Below are positions 8,602-18,556 of a stretch of DNA of 38,095 bases, piece by piece (the first letter of the stretch is position 1; each line of letters begins with the position of its first letter). The notes beneath the pieces were generated by a model, which worked only from the letters and a program-made list of their open reading frames with translations, was not told the DNA's origin and made no database searches. The DNA is from an uncultured Eubacteriales bacterium (GTDB lineage Bacteria; Acidobacteriota; Aminicenantia; Aminicenantales; Aminicenantaceae): positions 1-38,095 of the forward strand of contig CAYUXD010000002.1 in assembly GCA_964448655.1 (NCBI GenBank), given 5' to 3'. Both the position numbers and the translations under genes were made by a program.

Positions 8602-9323
8602 AACTGGCTACAGGCGTCATCCCCGCTCGTTATCAATCTCAGCGATTCCCTGGAAAACCCTTGGCTCTTATCCAGGGAAAGCCGATGATCCAAAGAGTTT
8701 ACGAGCGAGCACAAGAAGCAAAGTTTCTCGATCGTCTCATCATAGCCACTGATGACGAGAAAATTTTAGAGGCTGCTGAAGATTTTGGAGCAGAAGTCCA
8801 GATGACTTCTCGTTTGCATAATTCCGGAACTGAGCGAGTTGCTGAAGTAGCCAAGAATATAAAAACTTCAATTGTCATCAATATTCAGGGAGATGAACCT
8901 CTCCTCAGAGGGGAGATGATAGACGACGTGGTGGAAGCTTTGCAGGATAAGGCCATCCCCATGGCTACTCTTGCGGCCAAACAGAAAGATATGGACCTCC
9001 TTTATGATAAAAACGTTATCAAGGTAGCCGTGGACAGGGAAGGCTTTGCCCTTAACTTCTCTCGTTCTCCTCTTCCTCTCGAAGCCCGAGACTACTTCCT
9101 ACAGCACATAGGAATCTATGGCTACCAGAAAGAGTTCCTTCTTGCTTTTTCCGAGATGCCGCCATCTAAGTCAGAAAAAACAGAAAATCTGGAGCAACTT
9201 AGAGCTGTGGAGAACGGCTACAAAATAAAAATAATCGAAACCCAATTTTCTACCTTGAGTGTTGACTCTCCTCAGGATATAATCAAGGTTGAAAATTTTT
9301 TGAACAAAGGAGCAAATGACTAA
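8598..9323 (+). CDS. kdsB: 3-deoxy-manno-octulosonate cytidylyltransferase (CMP-Kdo synthetase)
   Basis: 241 aa. N-terminal VIPARY.S.RFPGKPL..I.GKPMI..V and INIQGDEP motifs. TTG start overlaps the bactofilin stop. Confidence 0.85.
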   Translation: MKLATGVIPARYQSQRFPGKPLALIQGKPMIQRVYERAQEAKFLDRLIIATDDEKILEAAEDFGAEVQMTSRLHNSGTERVAEVAKNIKTSIVINIQGDEPLLRGEMIDDVVEALQDKAIPMATLAAKQKDMDLLYDKNVIKVAVDREGFALNFSRSPLPLEARDYFLQHIGIYGYQKEFLLAFSEMPPSKSEKTENLEQLRAVENGYKIKIIETQFSTLSVDSPQDIIKVENFLNKGAND

Positions 9324-10938
9324 GTTTATCTTCATCACAGGAGGAGTCCTATCCACCCTGGGCAAGGGAATTGCCGCAGCTTCTATCGGAAGATTACTGG
9401 AAAGTCACGGCTACAAAATAACTATCCAAAAATTCGATCCTTATCTTAACGTGGATCCAGGCACGATGAATCCCTTCCAGCATGGAGAAGTGTATGTCAC
9501 AGATGACGGAGCTGAAACAGACCTTGATCTGGGGCATTACGAACGGTTCACCTCTACAAAAACGACCAAAGCTCATAACTGGACAGCTGGAAAGATTTAC
9601 GAGTCTATCATAAGAAAAGAACGCAAGGGAGAATACCTCGGCAAAACGGTCCAGGTGATCCCTCATGTCACTGACGCGATAAAAGACGCTTTTTACGCTG
9701 TAGCTGACAAAAACGATATAGTTATCGTTGAAATAGGCGGCACTGTGGGAGACATTGAAAGCCAGCCTTTCCTTGAAGCGATAAGACAGATGAGGCTTTC
9801 TCTGGGGGCTGACAATACCCTTTTTATTCATCTGACATTGGTCCCTTTTATCAAGACATCTGGAGAACTGAAAACAAAGCCAACTCAGCACAGTGTGCGC
9901 GAGCTACAAGCCGTAGGAATTCAGCCTGACATTATTCTCTGCCGAACGGACAGGTCTCTTAATAAAGATATAAAGGCTAAAATTTCTCTGTTTACTAACG
10001 TGCCCTTAGAAGCTGTTATCACTGCCAAAGATGTGGATAATATTTATGAAGTGCCCCTTGTTTTTGCCCAAGAAGCACTGGATAGCATTATCCTGAAACA
10101 GTTTAACCTTGACCAGAAGAAAAGGCGTCTGGGGAGCTGGAAAGCCCTGGTGGAAAGCATGAAAAACCCCAGGGATGAAGTCGATATTGCCCTTGCCGGC
10201 AAGTATGCTGAGCTTCATGATTCTTATTTTAGCCTGAAGCAGGCTTTAGATCATGGAGGTATTGCTCACCAGCTTAAGGTCAACATATCCTGGATAGAGG
10301 CCGAGGATTTAGAAAAGGGAAAAACCGAGAAAATCTTGGCAGGTGCAGATGGGATTCTGGTTCCAGGTGGTTTCGGCGTAAGAGGAATCGAAGGTAAGAT
10401 CAAGGCTGTTAAATATGCTCGTGAGAATAAGGTTCCATTTTTCGGCATTTGCTTAGGCATGCAGGCCGCAACCATCGAGTTTGCCCGAAATATCGCCTCG
10501 CTCAACAACGCTAACAGCACAGAATTTAATCCCAAAACTCCTCATAAAATTTTCTTTATGTTGCGGGAATTGAAAGGAATAAAAGACCTGGGAGGCACTA
10601 TGAGGTTAGGCAAGTTTCTCTGTCGCCTCGAAAAAGGCTCGTTCGCTGAGAAGGCATATGGTAAATTGAACATTTATGACCGCCACCGTCATCGGTATGA
10701 GTTCAATCCTGAATACGAGGAAATCTTAGCCAGGGCGGGTCTTTTCATCTCAGGAAAAAACCCGGATCATAATTTGGTCGAAATTATCGAGATCAAGAAG
10801 CATCCTTGGTTTCTTGGGTGCCAGTTTCATCCTGAGTTTAAATCTAAACCCTTAAAGCCTCATCCTCTTTTCAAGGCTTTTATTGGAGCAAGTTATGCCT
10901 ATCGTTCCCAAAGAAATACTCATAAACGAAAAAGTTAA
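9316..10938 (+). CDS. pyrG: CTP synthase
   Basis: 540 aa. KFIFITGGV.S.LGKG N-terminus. Glutamine amidotransferase domain with GICLGMQ and the FHPEF block. Confidence 0.95.
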   Translation: MTKFIFITGGVLSTLGKGIAAASIGRLLESHGYKITIQKFDPYLNVDPGTMNPFQHGEVYVTDDGAETDLDLGHYERFTSTKTTKAHNWTAGKIYESIIRKERKGEYLGKTVQVIPHVTDAIKDAFYAVADKNDIVIVEIGGTVGDIESQPFLEAIRQMRLSLGADNTLFIHLTLVPFIKTSGELKTKPTQHSVRELQAVGIQPDIILCRTDRSLNKDIKAKISLFTNVPLEAVITAKDVDNIYEVPLVFAQEALDSIILKQFNLDQKKRRLGSWKALVESMKNPRDEVDIALAGKYAELHDSYFSLKQALDHGGIAHQLKVNISWIEAEDLEKGKTEKILAGADGILVPGGFGVRGIEGKIKAVKYARENKVPFFGICLGMQAATIEFARNIASLNNANSTEFNPKTPHKIFFMLRELKGIKDLGGTMRLGKFLCRLEKGSFAEKAYGKLNIYDRHRHRYEFNPEYEEILARAGLFISGKNPDHNLVEIIEIKKHPWFLGCQFHPEFKSKPLKPHPLFKAFIGASYAYRSQRNTHKRKS

Positions 10939-11743
10939 AATAGGCGGAACCAATCCCTTTTTCCTGATTGGAGGTCCCTGTGTGATCGAAAATCAAGACC
11001 ATGCTTTTTTCATGGCAAAAGAAATAAAAAAAATATGCGAAAATCTCAAAATTTCATTTATTTTTAAAGCCTCATACGACAAGGCAAACCGCTCTTCAAT
11101 ATCTTCCTACAGAGGACCTGGTGCGGAACGAGGATTGGAAATCCTGCGCACTATAAAAGATGAGCTTCACGTTCCTGTCCTCTCCGATGTTCACGAAACA
11201 AACCAGATCGAGAAGGCTGCCCAGGTGCTGGATGTTATCCAAATTCCGGCTTTGCTCTCCCGGCAGACAGATTTAATCGTCGAAGCTTCTAAAACTCAAA
11301 AAACCCTTAACCTTAAGAAAGGACAGTTTTTATCTCCTCAAGAAATGAAAAATGCAGTGGAAAAAGCCCTCAGCCAGGGAAATGAAAAATTAATCATCAC
11401 TGAACGAGGAACCTTTTTCGGTTATAATAACTTAGTTTTCGACATCCGTTCCATTCCAGTCATGAAGAAATGGGGATTTCCCGTTGTCATAGATGCTTCC
11501 CATAGCGTTCAAAAGCCTGGCGGCGAGGGAAGTTCCTCAGGAGGAGAGGCTGAATTTATCCCCTACAAAGCAAAGGCAGGCGTGAGCGTTGGTGCGGATG
11601 GAGTTTTTCTTGAAGTCCACGATAATCCTTCCCAAGCTCTCTCAGACAAATATAATTCATTGATATTAAAAGACTTACGTAATCTTCTGGCTTCGCTGCT
11701 TCGACTAAAGCAAGCAATAGATATGAATAATAATCACTCATAA
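10895..11743 (+). CDS. kdsA: 3-deoxy-8-phosphooctulonate synthase (Kdo8P synthase)
   Basis: Motifs LIGGPCVIE, FKASYDKANRSS and PVLSDVHE. I prefer the ATG at 10895 (GGAG 6 nt upstream) over the TTG at 10883. Confidence 0.9.
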   Translation: MPIVPKEILINEKVKIGGTNPFFLIGGPCVIENQDHAFFMAKEIKKICENLKISFIFKASYDKANRSSISSYRGPGAERGLEILRTIKDELHVPVLSDVHETNQIEKAAQVLDVIQIPALLSRQTDLIVEASKTQKTLNLKKGQFLSPQEMKNAVEKALSQGNEKLIITERGTFFGYNNLVFDIRSIPVMKKWGFPVVIDASHSVQKPGGEGSSSGGEAEFIPYKAKAGVSVGADGVFLEVHDNPSQALSDKYNSLILKDLRNLLASLLRLKQAIDMNNNHS

Positions 11744-11758
11744 GGAATAATAAAAACC

Positions 11759-12730
11759 ATGACAAAAAATGATATCATTCGAACCGGTAAATATGTGCTG
11801 GAAACAGAGGCAAAAGCAGTTAAAACCTTGGCTTCCGGACTGGATGAAAGTTTTGCAAAGGCAATTGAGCTTCTTTTCCAGACAAAATCCCGAGTTATAG
11901 TTACTGGCATGGGAAAATCAGGTCATGTAGGCCGGAAAATCGCCGCCACTTTGTCCAGCTGCGGTACTCCTGCCATTTTTATCCACCCGGCTGAAGCTGG
12001 ACACGGAGACCTCGGTATGATCATCAAAGAGGATCTTCTCATAGCGATCTCTTACAGCGGAGAAACCAGAGAGCTTGTTGATCTCCTGGATTTCGTGAAA
12101 AGGACTGGGATAAAACTCATCAGCATCACAGGCGATAAAAATTCAAAATTGGCCAAGTACAGCGATATCGTCTTGGAGGCGAAGGTCGAAAGGGAAGCGG
12201 AACCTAACGGCATGATCCCCACAGCAAGCTCTACCGCCGCCTTGGCGATGGGAGATGCTGTCGCTATCGCCTTGATGAAGAAGAAAGGATTCGGAGAAAA
12301 AGATTTCGTTTTTGTTCACCCCAGAGGTGAAGCCAGAAAAAAGCTTCTCAAAATTAAAAATTTAATGCACAAAGGAAGAGAGATCGCCCGCGTGTCTCAA
12401 AAGACTCCGATGAATGCTGTCCTTGAGGAAATGACAAAGAAAAAATTAGGAATGACGTGTGTGATAGACAAACAGGAAAAGCTTTTGGGGATTATAACAG
12501 ACGGCGATCTAAGACGGCTGATCCAAAAATTCGGAAAAAATTTACTGCAAAAAACCGCTCAAGATTGTATGACTCCAAACCCAATCACGATCGATAAAGA
12601 GGATTTAGCCACCAAGGGCTTAAACCTCATGGAAGAGAACAAAATCACTTCCTTAATAATTAAGAATAAAAAAGGGGAAATTGAGGGAATCATCCATCTC
12701 CATGATTTATGGCGGACAGAGATGCTCTGA
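11759..12730 (+). CDS. kdsD: arabinose-5-phosphate isomerase (SIS domain + CBS pair), KdsD/KpsF type
   Basis: 323 aa. SIS motif VTGMGKSGHVGRKIAATL..CGTPA.F.HPAEA.HGDLG, followed by two CBS-like repeats. Confidence 0.85.
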   Translation: MTKNDIIRTGKYVLETEAKAVKTLASGLDESFAKAIELLFQTKSRVIVTGMGKSGHVGRKIAATLSSCGTPAIFIHPAEAGHGDLGMIIKEDLLIAISYSGETRELVDLLDFVKRTGIKLISITGDKNSKLAKYSDIVLEAKVEREAEPNGMIPTASSTAALAMGDAVAIALMKKKGFGEKDFVFVHPRGEARKKLLKIKNLMHKGREIARVSQKTPMNAVLEEMTKKKLGMTCVIDKQEKLLGIITDGDLRRLIQKFGKNLLQKTAQDCMTPNPITIDKEDLATKGLNLMEENKITSLIIKNKKGEIEGIIHLHDLWRTEML

Positions 12731-13275
12731 TGAAAGAAAAAGAGCGAGCCCGTAAAATCAAAATGATCATTATGGATGTCGACGGCACGCTTACTGACGG
12801 AAGCCTCCTTCTCCTTCCTGACGGCGAAGAACTCAAATCATACAATGTCAAGGACGGGACAGGAGTTTTACTCGCCCGCATGGCGGGCCTAAAGACAGGT
12901 ATCATAACCGGAAAAATATCAAGTTCCCTGAAAAAAAGGGCTGAAAAGTTGAAGATCATGGAGGTTTATGAGGGAATTCTTGATAAAAAAAAGGTTCTAC
13001 TGGAAATCCTCGAAAAAAACAAACTGCATGCGGAGCAAATTGCCTACATAGGCGATGACGTAGGAGACCTTGAGGTTATAAAATCTGTAGGGCTGGCTGG
13101 TGCCGTGGCAGATGCGCACCCAGAGATAAAGAAGCACAGTCATTTTATCTGCGGCAATCCTGGGGGGAAAGGAGCGGTACGGGAATTTATAGAATTCATT
13201 CTTGAAGCCCAGAATAAATGGCCAACCGTTGAAGCCAGCCTTAAAGATTTTGTTAAGCTGAAGGAAAAAATCTAA
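12709..13275 (+). CDS. kdsC: Kdo-8-phosphate phosphatase (HAD superfamily)
   Basis: HAD motifs DVDGTLTDG and YIGDDVGDL. Sits in a kds cluster. An alternative start at 12730 (TGATG overlap with the kdsD stop) is equally plausible. Confidence 0.8.
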   Translation: MADRDALMKEKERARKIKMIIMDVDGTLTDGSLLLLPDGEELKSYNVKDGTGVLLARMAGLKTGIITGKISSSLKKRAEKLKIMEVYEGILDKKKVLLEILEKNKLHAEQIAYIGDDVGDLEVIKSVGLAGAVADAHPEIKKHSHFICGNPGGKGAVREFIEFILEAQNKWPTVEASLKDFVKLKEKI

Positions 13276-13338
13276 AACTAAAAATATAATCAGCTACACG
13301 AGAGCCGGTTACTTTTTCCTGGTCAGCTGGAGGATAAG

Positions 13339-14709
13339 GTGAAAATAAAACCAGAAATTTTCAGAGAGTACGATATAAGAGGAGTTGTCGATAAGGACCT
13401 GACTCAAGATACTGTTGAATTACTGGGAAAAGGAATAGGGACCTATTTTCGCCGGCATGAGAGAAAAGAGGTAGCCCTGGGAAGAGACTGCCGACTCAGC
13501 TCTCCGTTCTTTTCTGAAGCTCTATCCAGGGGCCTTCTCTCAACAGGGTGTAAGATCGTAGAGCTCGGCGTCATCCCGACTCCCCTCCTTTATTTCGCCA
13601 TTTATCACAAAAAAATGGAGGCCGGAGTGATGATCACCGGCTCCCACAACCCCCCTGAATATAACGGCTTCAAAATAATGCTTGGAGAGGAAACACTCTA
13701 CGGAGAAGCCATCCAAAGCATATTCGCCATCATTCAAGACAATGATTTCATAAAAGAGGAAAGCACTTCCAGGAGAACTTACGATATTGTTCCTGAATAC
13801 AAAGATTATGTTGAGAAAAATATCAGACTCGAAAAAAAACTGAAGGTGGTCGTGGATGCTGGAAACGGAACTGCAGGGGTTATAGCTTGCCCTCTTCTCA
13901 AAAAGTTGGGATGTGATGTTATTGAACTCTACTGTGAGATGGACGGCAACTTTCCCAACCACCATCCTGACCCAACTCTTCCTGAAGCCCTCGAAGACCT
14001 CATCAAACAAGTCATCAAGTCAAAAGCACATTTGGGCGTAGCTTACGATGGAGACGGAGACAGGATTGGAGTCATTGATGATGAGGGGCACATCATCTGG
14101 GGCGACCTCCTCATGGTCCTCTTCTCGCAGGATATACTTTCGCGGAATCCAGGAGCTTCTATCATCTCCGAAGTGAAAGCCTCTAAAGTTTTTTACGAAG
14201 AAATTAAAAAATTGGGCGGCCGGCCGATCATGTGGAAAACCGGTCATTCCTTGATCAAGAAAAAAATCAAGGAAGAAAAAGCTCTTCTGGCCGGGGAGAT
14301 GAGCGGCCACATCTTCTTCGCCGACAGATACTTCGGTTTTGATGACGCCATTTATTCCTCGGCGCGCCTGCTGGAACTCCTCTCCAGGTCAGAAAAAAGG
14401 CTCTCCCAGATGCTCTCTGAACTGCCCAAAACCTACTATACTCCGGAAATCAGGATTTACGCCTCAGATGAGGTGAAATTCAAAATAGTCGAGGAAGTAA
14501 AAAAAGAGCTTTCTCAAAAATACCCCATCATCGATATAGACGGTGTCAGGGCAATTTTTCCTGAGGGGTGGGGCCTGGTTCGGGCCTCAAACACTCAAGA
14601 AGTCCTAGTTCTTCGTTTTGAAGGCGATACAGAAGAAGCCCTCAAGGCCATAGAAAAAGAGGTTAAAGGTGCTGTTGAGAATGCCATAAAAAGGTTAGAG
14701 CGTTCTTGA
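13339..14709 (+). CDS. manB: phosphomannomutase/phosphoglucomutase
   Basis: 456 aa. Active-site loop TGSHNPPEYNGFK, metal loop DGDGDR, and GEMSGH. GTG start with GGAGGA upstream. Substrate specificity cannot be read from the sequence. Confidence 0.8.
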   Translation: MKIKPEIFREYDIRGVVDKDLTQDTVELLGKGIGTYFRRHERKEVALGRDCRLSSPFFSEALSRGLLSTGCKIVELGVIPTPLLYFAIYHKKMEAGVMITGSHNPPEYNGFKIMLGEETLYGEAIQSIFAIIQDNDFIKEESTSRRTYDIVPEYKDYVEKNIRLEKKLKVVVDAGNGTAGVIACPLLKKLGCDVIELYCEMDGNFPNHHPDPTLPEALEDLIKQVIKSKAHLGVAYDGDGDRIGVIDDEGHIIWGDLLMVLFSQDILSRNPGASIISEVKASKVFYEEIKKLGGRPIMWKTGHSLIKKKIKEEKALLAGEMSGHIFFADRYFGFDDAIYSSARLLELLSRSEKRLSQMLSELPKTYYTPEIRIYASDEVKFKIVEEVKKELSQKYPIIDIDGVRAIFPEGWGLVRASNTQEVLVLRFEGDTEEALKAIEKEVKGAVENAIKRLERS

Positions 14710-14849
14710 GCTTATTCGAGAGTCCCTTCTCAGGAATCCTTCAGGGCTTAATAAATTTCACCCATTCTTATTGCGGGCGCTGCAGCTCTTGTTTTATCCT
14801 TTATCACATAGAATGAATAACTTAACTGCTTTTATTAAAGGAGATTAAA

Positions 14850-15926
14850 ATGGATATTCGAGCAGTTATAATGGCCGGGGGTGCCGGCACTCGATTCTGG
14901 CCGTTGAGCCGAAAGAAAAAGCCGAAGCAGTTTCTTCCGATTGTCAGCGAAAAAACAATGATCGAAGAAACGGTCCATCGTCTTTTGGCAAAGGTCCCCT
15001 CGAACAATATCTACACTATTGCTAACTTTGCCCAAACCCAAGTTATAAGAAGTCTCCTTCCAGATCTTCCTGAAGAGAATCTTCTTGTAGAACCTCAGGG
15101 AAGAAACACAGCTCCTTCTTTGATGCTGGCCACAGCCTGGATTTATCTCCAGGATCCCAAGGCGGTCCTGGCTGCCTTGCCCGCTGACCATCTCATAAAG
15201 GACGCTCCTTTTTTCCTGAAAAAGCTCGATGCTGGGGCCACAGCAGCCGCTAAAGGAGAAAACCTCATCACTTTTGGAATTCCTCCCGCATATCCGGAGA
15301 CTGGATACGGCTATATCCGATTTTCCCCTGAAAAGCCTCTCCAATTCCTGGATGAGCCCTTTTTTCACGTCCAGGAATTCAAGGAAAAACCTGAATATGA
15401 GCAAGCCAAGAATTTTTTAGAAGAGGAAAACTATTTCTGGAACTCAGGAATGTTTCTCTGGCAGGCAGATATTTTCGTCCAAAAGCTTGAAAAGCACGCG
15501 CCTTCCATGTTTATTTATTGGCAAAAGATTCTTGATGCTCTAAAAAACAAAGACGAAACCCGGATCGCCTCTATCTTTGAGGAGATTCCTTCAATATCCA
15601 TAGACTATGCTCTGATGGAGAAAGCAGAGGGAGTGTTGATGGGCAAAGGAAATTTTGGCTGGTCTGATGTGGGAGCTTGGTCCTCGTTAGCGGACATATG
15701 GCCTCGGGACAAGGAGGGAAATGCTCTGAGAGGAGAAAGCATTATGCTGGATTCACAAAACTGCCTCCTGTATAATCCCCACAAATTAACAGCCCTTATA
15801 GGAGTTAAGGATATCATTGTGGTGGATACGGAAGATGCCCTTCTCATCACTCAAAAGAATATGGATCAGAAAGTGAAAGACATTGTGGAGAAAATAAAAC
15901 AAAAAGGCAAAATTGAATATTTATAA
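14850..15926 (+). CDS. manC: mannose-1-phosphate guanylyltransferase (no isomerase domain)
   Basis: 358 aa. Nucleotidyltransferase N-terminus AVIMAGGAGTRFWPLSR...PKQF. AAAGGAG Shine-Dalgarno. Confidence 0.85.
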   Translation: MDIRAVIMAGGAGTRFWPLSRKKKPKQFLPIVSEKTMIEETVHRLLAKVPSNNIYTIANFAQTQVIRSLLPDLPEENLLVEPQGRNTAPSLMLATAWIYLQDPKAVLAALPADHLIKDAPFFLKKLDAGATAAAKGENLITFGIPPAYPETGYGYIRFSPEKPLQFLDEPFFHVQEFKEKPEYEQAKNFLEEENYFWNSGMFLWQADIFVQKLEKHAPSMFIYWQKILDALKNKDETRIASIFEEIPSISIDYALMEKAEGVLMGKGNFGWSDVGAWSSLADIWPRDKEGNALRGESIMLDSQNCLLYNPHKLTALIGVKDIIVVDTEDALLITQKNMDQKVKDIVEKIKQKGKIEYL

Positions 15927-15937
15927 AGGCGCCATGA

Positions 15938-18466
15938 ATGGGAGTTGAATATTCGATCAAAGCCTGCCGGATGTTAGGGCAGCTCTTCCGAAGTCAAAAG
16001 ATCTTTCGCCCCCAGCGCATCAAGCGCTACGACCCTGGCGCTGAGCTTTCCTATGAGATCAAAGGCGTGGCTCCGGCACGAACAGGCCGGCTAAAGTTAG
16101 AAGTGGAAAAGTTTGTGGGCGGCGGATATGCTGGTCAGGTTTACAAGGTAAAGGCTTTAGCCGTTGAAGCTCCTGAGGGGCCGCTTGAAGGTCTGGATGT
16201 GGGTCATTCCTATGCCATGAAAATTTTCATCCCTCCCACAGGCTTGGCAAAATTGTTCCGCAACATCGTCTATGCTATTGCCTTTCAAGGACCATTTTCA
16301 CTCCAGGTCAATTCAGCTGCGGTCAGGGCAGGCGCATTATGGCAGAAGTTTATCCGGCGTGGGGCAAAGATCAGAATCGGCTCTGAAGAGGCGGTCGTGG
16401 ACATATTGGCCACCTTCGTTGATTCGGCACTCGGGAGCTGTGGAGAAATCAGTGAGTGGATAGAAGGACGAATGTGGAGGTTCGAAGCTGATGACAATCT
16501 GGATGCCAGGCTGAAATGGAAAGTCGGAGATCCAGGTGACGAGCTGGCTTCTCCTGAGTATCGCGCTAAACGAACCTTCTTAAAACGCCTTGTGCAACTT
16601 ATGCATGAAATGGGAGCTTTTGAGCTCGCCCGTCAGTACGAATGGTGGACCTGCAAAAGCCAACCCAATGCCCTCAAGCGGATCGCAAGTGATCCTGATC
16701 CTGCTGAAGGGTATGTAGCTGTTGATTTCCGGGCAGGCTTAGCTCTTCTTCCTTTTATTCCGATGAGTCCAGCCGATTTCAAGCTTATTTTCCGAGGGAT
16801 TGCCCGGGCCAGCTTTGTCCAGTTCGACCGGGGAAACGTAAACAAGCTCCTGAGTTTTGTGAAGGCCAACTCTGAGACTTTCGCCGATATGCACGAAGCT
16901 ATGGAGGAACTCAAGGAAACGGAAGAGCTTTACCGCGATTCCTTACCTGATATAACCCATCATCACTTTAAATTGATTTACAGCTTTAAACTGTGGTCAT
17001 CAATCTTGAAGAGCAGCATAAAAGGTTGGAAAATTCGCAACATCATCGATAAGAAAACCTCGAATCAGCTGCATAAGAAAAGATTCGCAACCTTAATTTT
17101 TTACTTCTTGGGACTAATCCCCTTATTGGGGAATTTCTGGCGAAAGCTATGGGGACGAGAGGATTACCGTAAACATTATGGGCGCCTGCTGACAAGTTTA
17201 GATTATTTCCGCCGTGGGGTGCGAGCCCGCGTTGCTGAAATCCTTATCCACTGGCACAGGAGGGGGCGTGTCGATGAGAAACGAGCACAGAAGTTGAGTG
17301 AGCATCCCGGGAGATTTTTCGGGCACTTGCCGCTTTCTGTCTTTCCGGCAAGGGTGCACCGCTTTTTCTCTGACCGACGTTTCTTTTTGAAATCATTGGA
17401 TCATATTTTTATCAGGCCCTTCCGTCTTTACTTTAAGGCCGAGGCCCGAGAGCGATGGCTGCGCGAAATAGTCTCCCGCGGGCAGAAAAGCGGCATGCTG
17501 AACAAACAAGAAGCAGAACACATCGGATCGCAAATAAAAGAACCCTTCATCCAGAAGTATCTAAAAAGCCTTGCTGTTCATGTTTGTACAGTTCCGGTGA
17601 CCCAGATTGTTTCAGTAACTGTGGCCTTTATATACATCAAGTTACATCCAGAGCTTTCATGGCAACTGGCGACATTACACGCAGGTATAATTCTAGGGCT
17701 TTTCCAGGTAACGCCTGTCTCTCCTGGCTCACTTGTTAGAGGACTGTATGTATCCTTTCTTATTTTGCGCGAGCGAAACTTCAAGGACTATAACATTGCT
17801 TTCTCCCTGAGTTTCCTCAAATATATCGGTTACCTTGCTTTTCCGATCCAGATGGCTTACCGCTACCCGGAACTTGCCCGCTTCATGGCCGCCCACTGGG
17901 CGACAGGAGCTGTGCATATTGTGCCTGTTTTCGGAGAGAGAGGAGCGCTCCTGGAACATGCAGTTTTTGATCTTTTTTACAACTATCCCCTTAATATCCG
18001 CCGACGAATTCGCCAACGTAGGGAACTCCGCGCTGCCTTAAAGCCAAGATCCTGGCATGTCCCCTTATGCATGCTTGCAGGTGCTCTTGTGCTGGCGCTT
18101 TCCGATGTCGTTTATTTCAATTTGACCGGGCGCATACCCACATTAGGAGATATTTGGTGGCTGGCTATCTGGGTACCTGTTTTTGCAGCTGGAGCGGTGG
18201 CTGCTTTCGCAGGCGGAGCATCTCTTTCGAAGCGAATGAAAATGGGTGCAGCATGCGGAGTCCTGATCGGTCTTCTTTATGCAGCTTCTAACATGCTCCT
18301 GGACAGTTTCTTGGCCCGAGAGGGAAGAGAGTTGCTTGCATCTCAACATCTCCTGGGCCAGATTGGACTGACAGCGCTCTGGAGAATTTTTTTATTCACG
18401 ATTTTGGCCATAATAGGAGTATTTATAGCCGAGACAAGACCATTAAAAACAACATCATCAATTTAA
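15938..18466 (+). CDS. hypothetical protein: degenerate ABC1/UbiB-like kinase fold fused to about 8 TM helices
   Basis: An 842-codon uninterrupted ORF. Gly-loop-like FVGGGYAGQVYKV, then YAMKIF, ISEWIEGR and VAVDFRAG. The C-terminal half carries about 8 hydrophobic helices. Visibly GC-richer than its neighbours. Confidence 0.7.
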   Translation: MGVEYSIKACRMLGQLFRSQKIFRPQRIKRYDPGAELSYEIKGVAPARTGRLKLEVEKFVGGGYAGQVYKVKALAVEAPEGPLEGLDVGHSYAMKIFIPPTGLAKLFRNIVYAIAFQGPFSLQVNSAAVRAGALWQKFIRRGAKIRIGSEEAVVDILATFVDSALGSCGEISEWIEGRMWRFEADDNLDARLKWKVGDPGDELASPEYRAKRTFLKRLVQLMHEMGAFELARQYEWWTCKSQPNALKRIASDPDPAEGYVAVDFRAGLALLPFIPMSPADFKLIFRGIARASFVQFDRGNVNKLLSFVKANSETFADMHEAMEELKETEELYRDSLPDITHHHFKLIYSFKLWSSILKSSIKGWKIRNIIDKKTSNQLHKKRFATLIFYFLGLIPLLGNFWRKLWGREDYRKHYGRLLTSLDYFRRGVRARVAEILIHWHRRGRVDEKRAQKLSEHPGRFFGHLPLSVFPARVHRFFSDRRFFLKSLDHIFIRPFRLYFKAEARERWLREIVSRGQKSGMLNKQEAEHIGSQIKEPFIQKYLKSLAVHVCTVPVTQIVSVTVAFIYIKLHPELSWQLATLHAGIILGLFQVTPVSPGSLVRGLYVSFLILRERNFKDYNIAFSLSFLKYIGYLAFPIQMAYRYPELARFMAAHWATGAVHIVPVFGERGALLEHAVFDLFYNYPLNIRRRIRQRRELRAALKPRSWHVPLCMLAGALVLALSDVVYFNLTGRIPTLGDIWWLAIWVPVFAAGAVAAFAGGASLSKRMKMGAACGVLIGLLYAASNMLLDSFLAREGRELLASQHLLGQIGLTALWRIFLFTILAIIGVFIAETRPLKTTSSI

Positions 18467-18556
18467 GTAATTAATAGAGAAAATAAAAATAATTAAGCGC
18501 CTTCTGCGGCCTCCACGTGTTTATTTACTGACTCAAATCCTTTAGCACCATGCCTT

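Noticed and set aside
16272-18349. Cluster of nine alternative-frame ORFs (60-95 aa) inside the 842-aa ORF
   Set aside because: They are a consequence of the locally higher G+C, which gives fewer stop codons. All of them are nested in a much longer uninterrupted frame with coherent TM and kinase-like features.
18509-18528. CCACGTG core in the convergent spacer (CTCCACGTGTTTATTT)
   Set aside because: It shares only the central CACGTG with parS, and the flanks do not match the palindrome.
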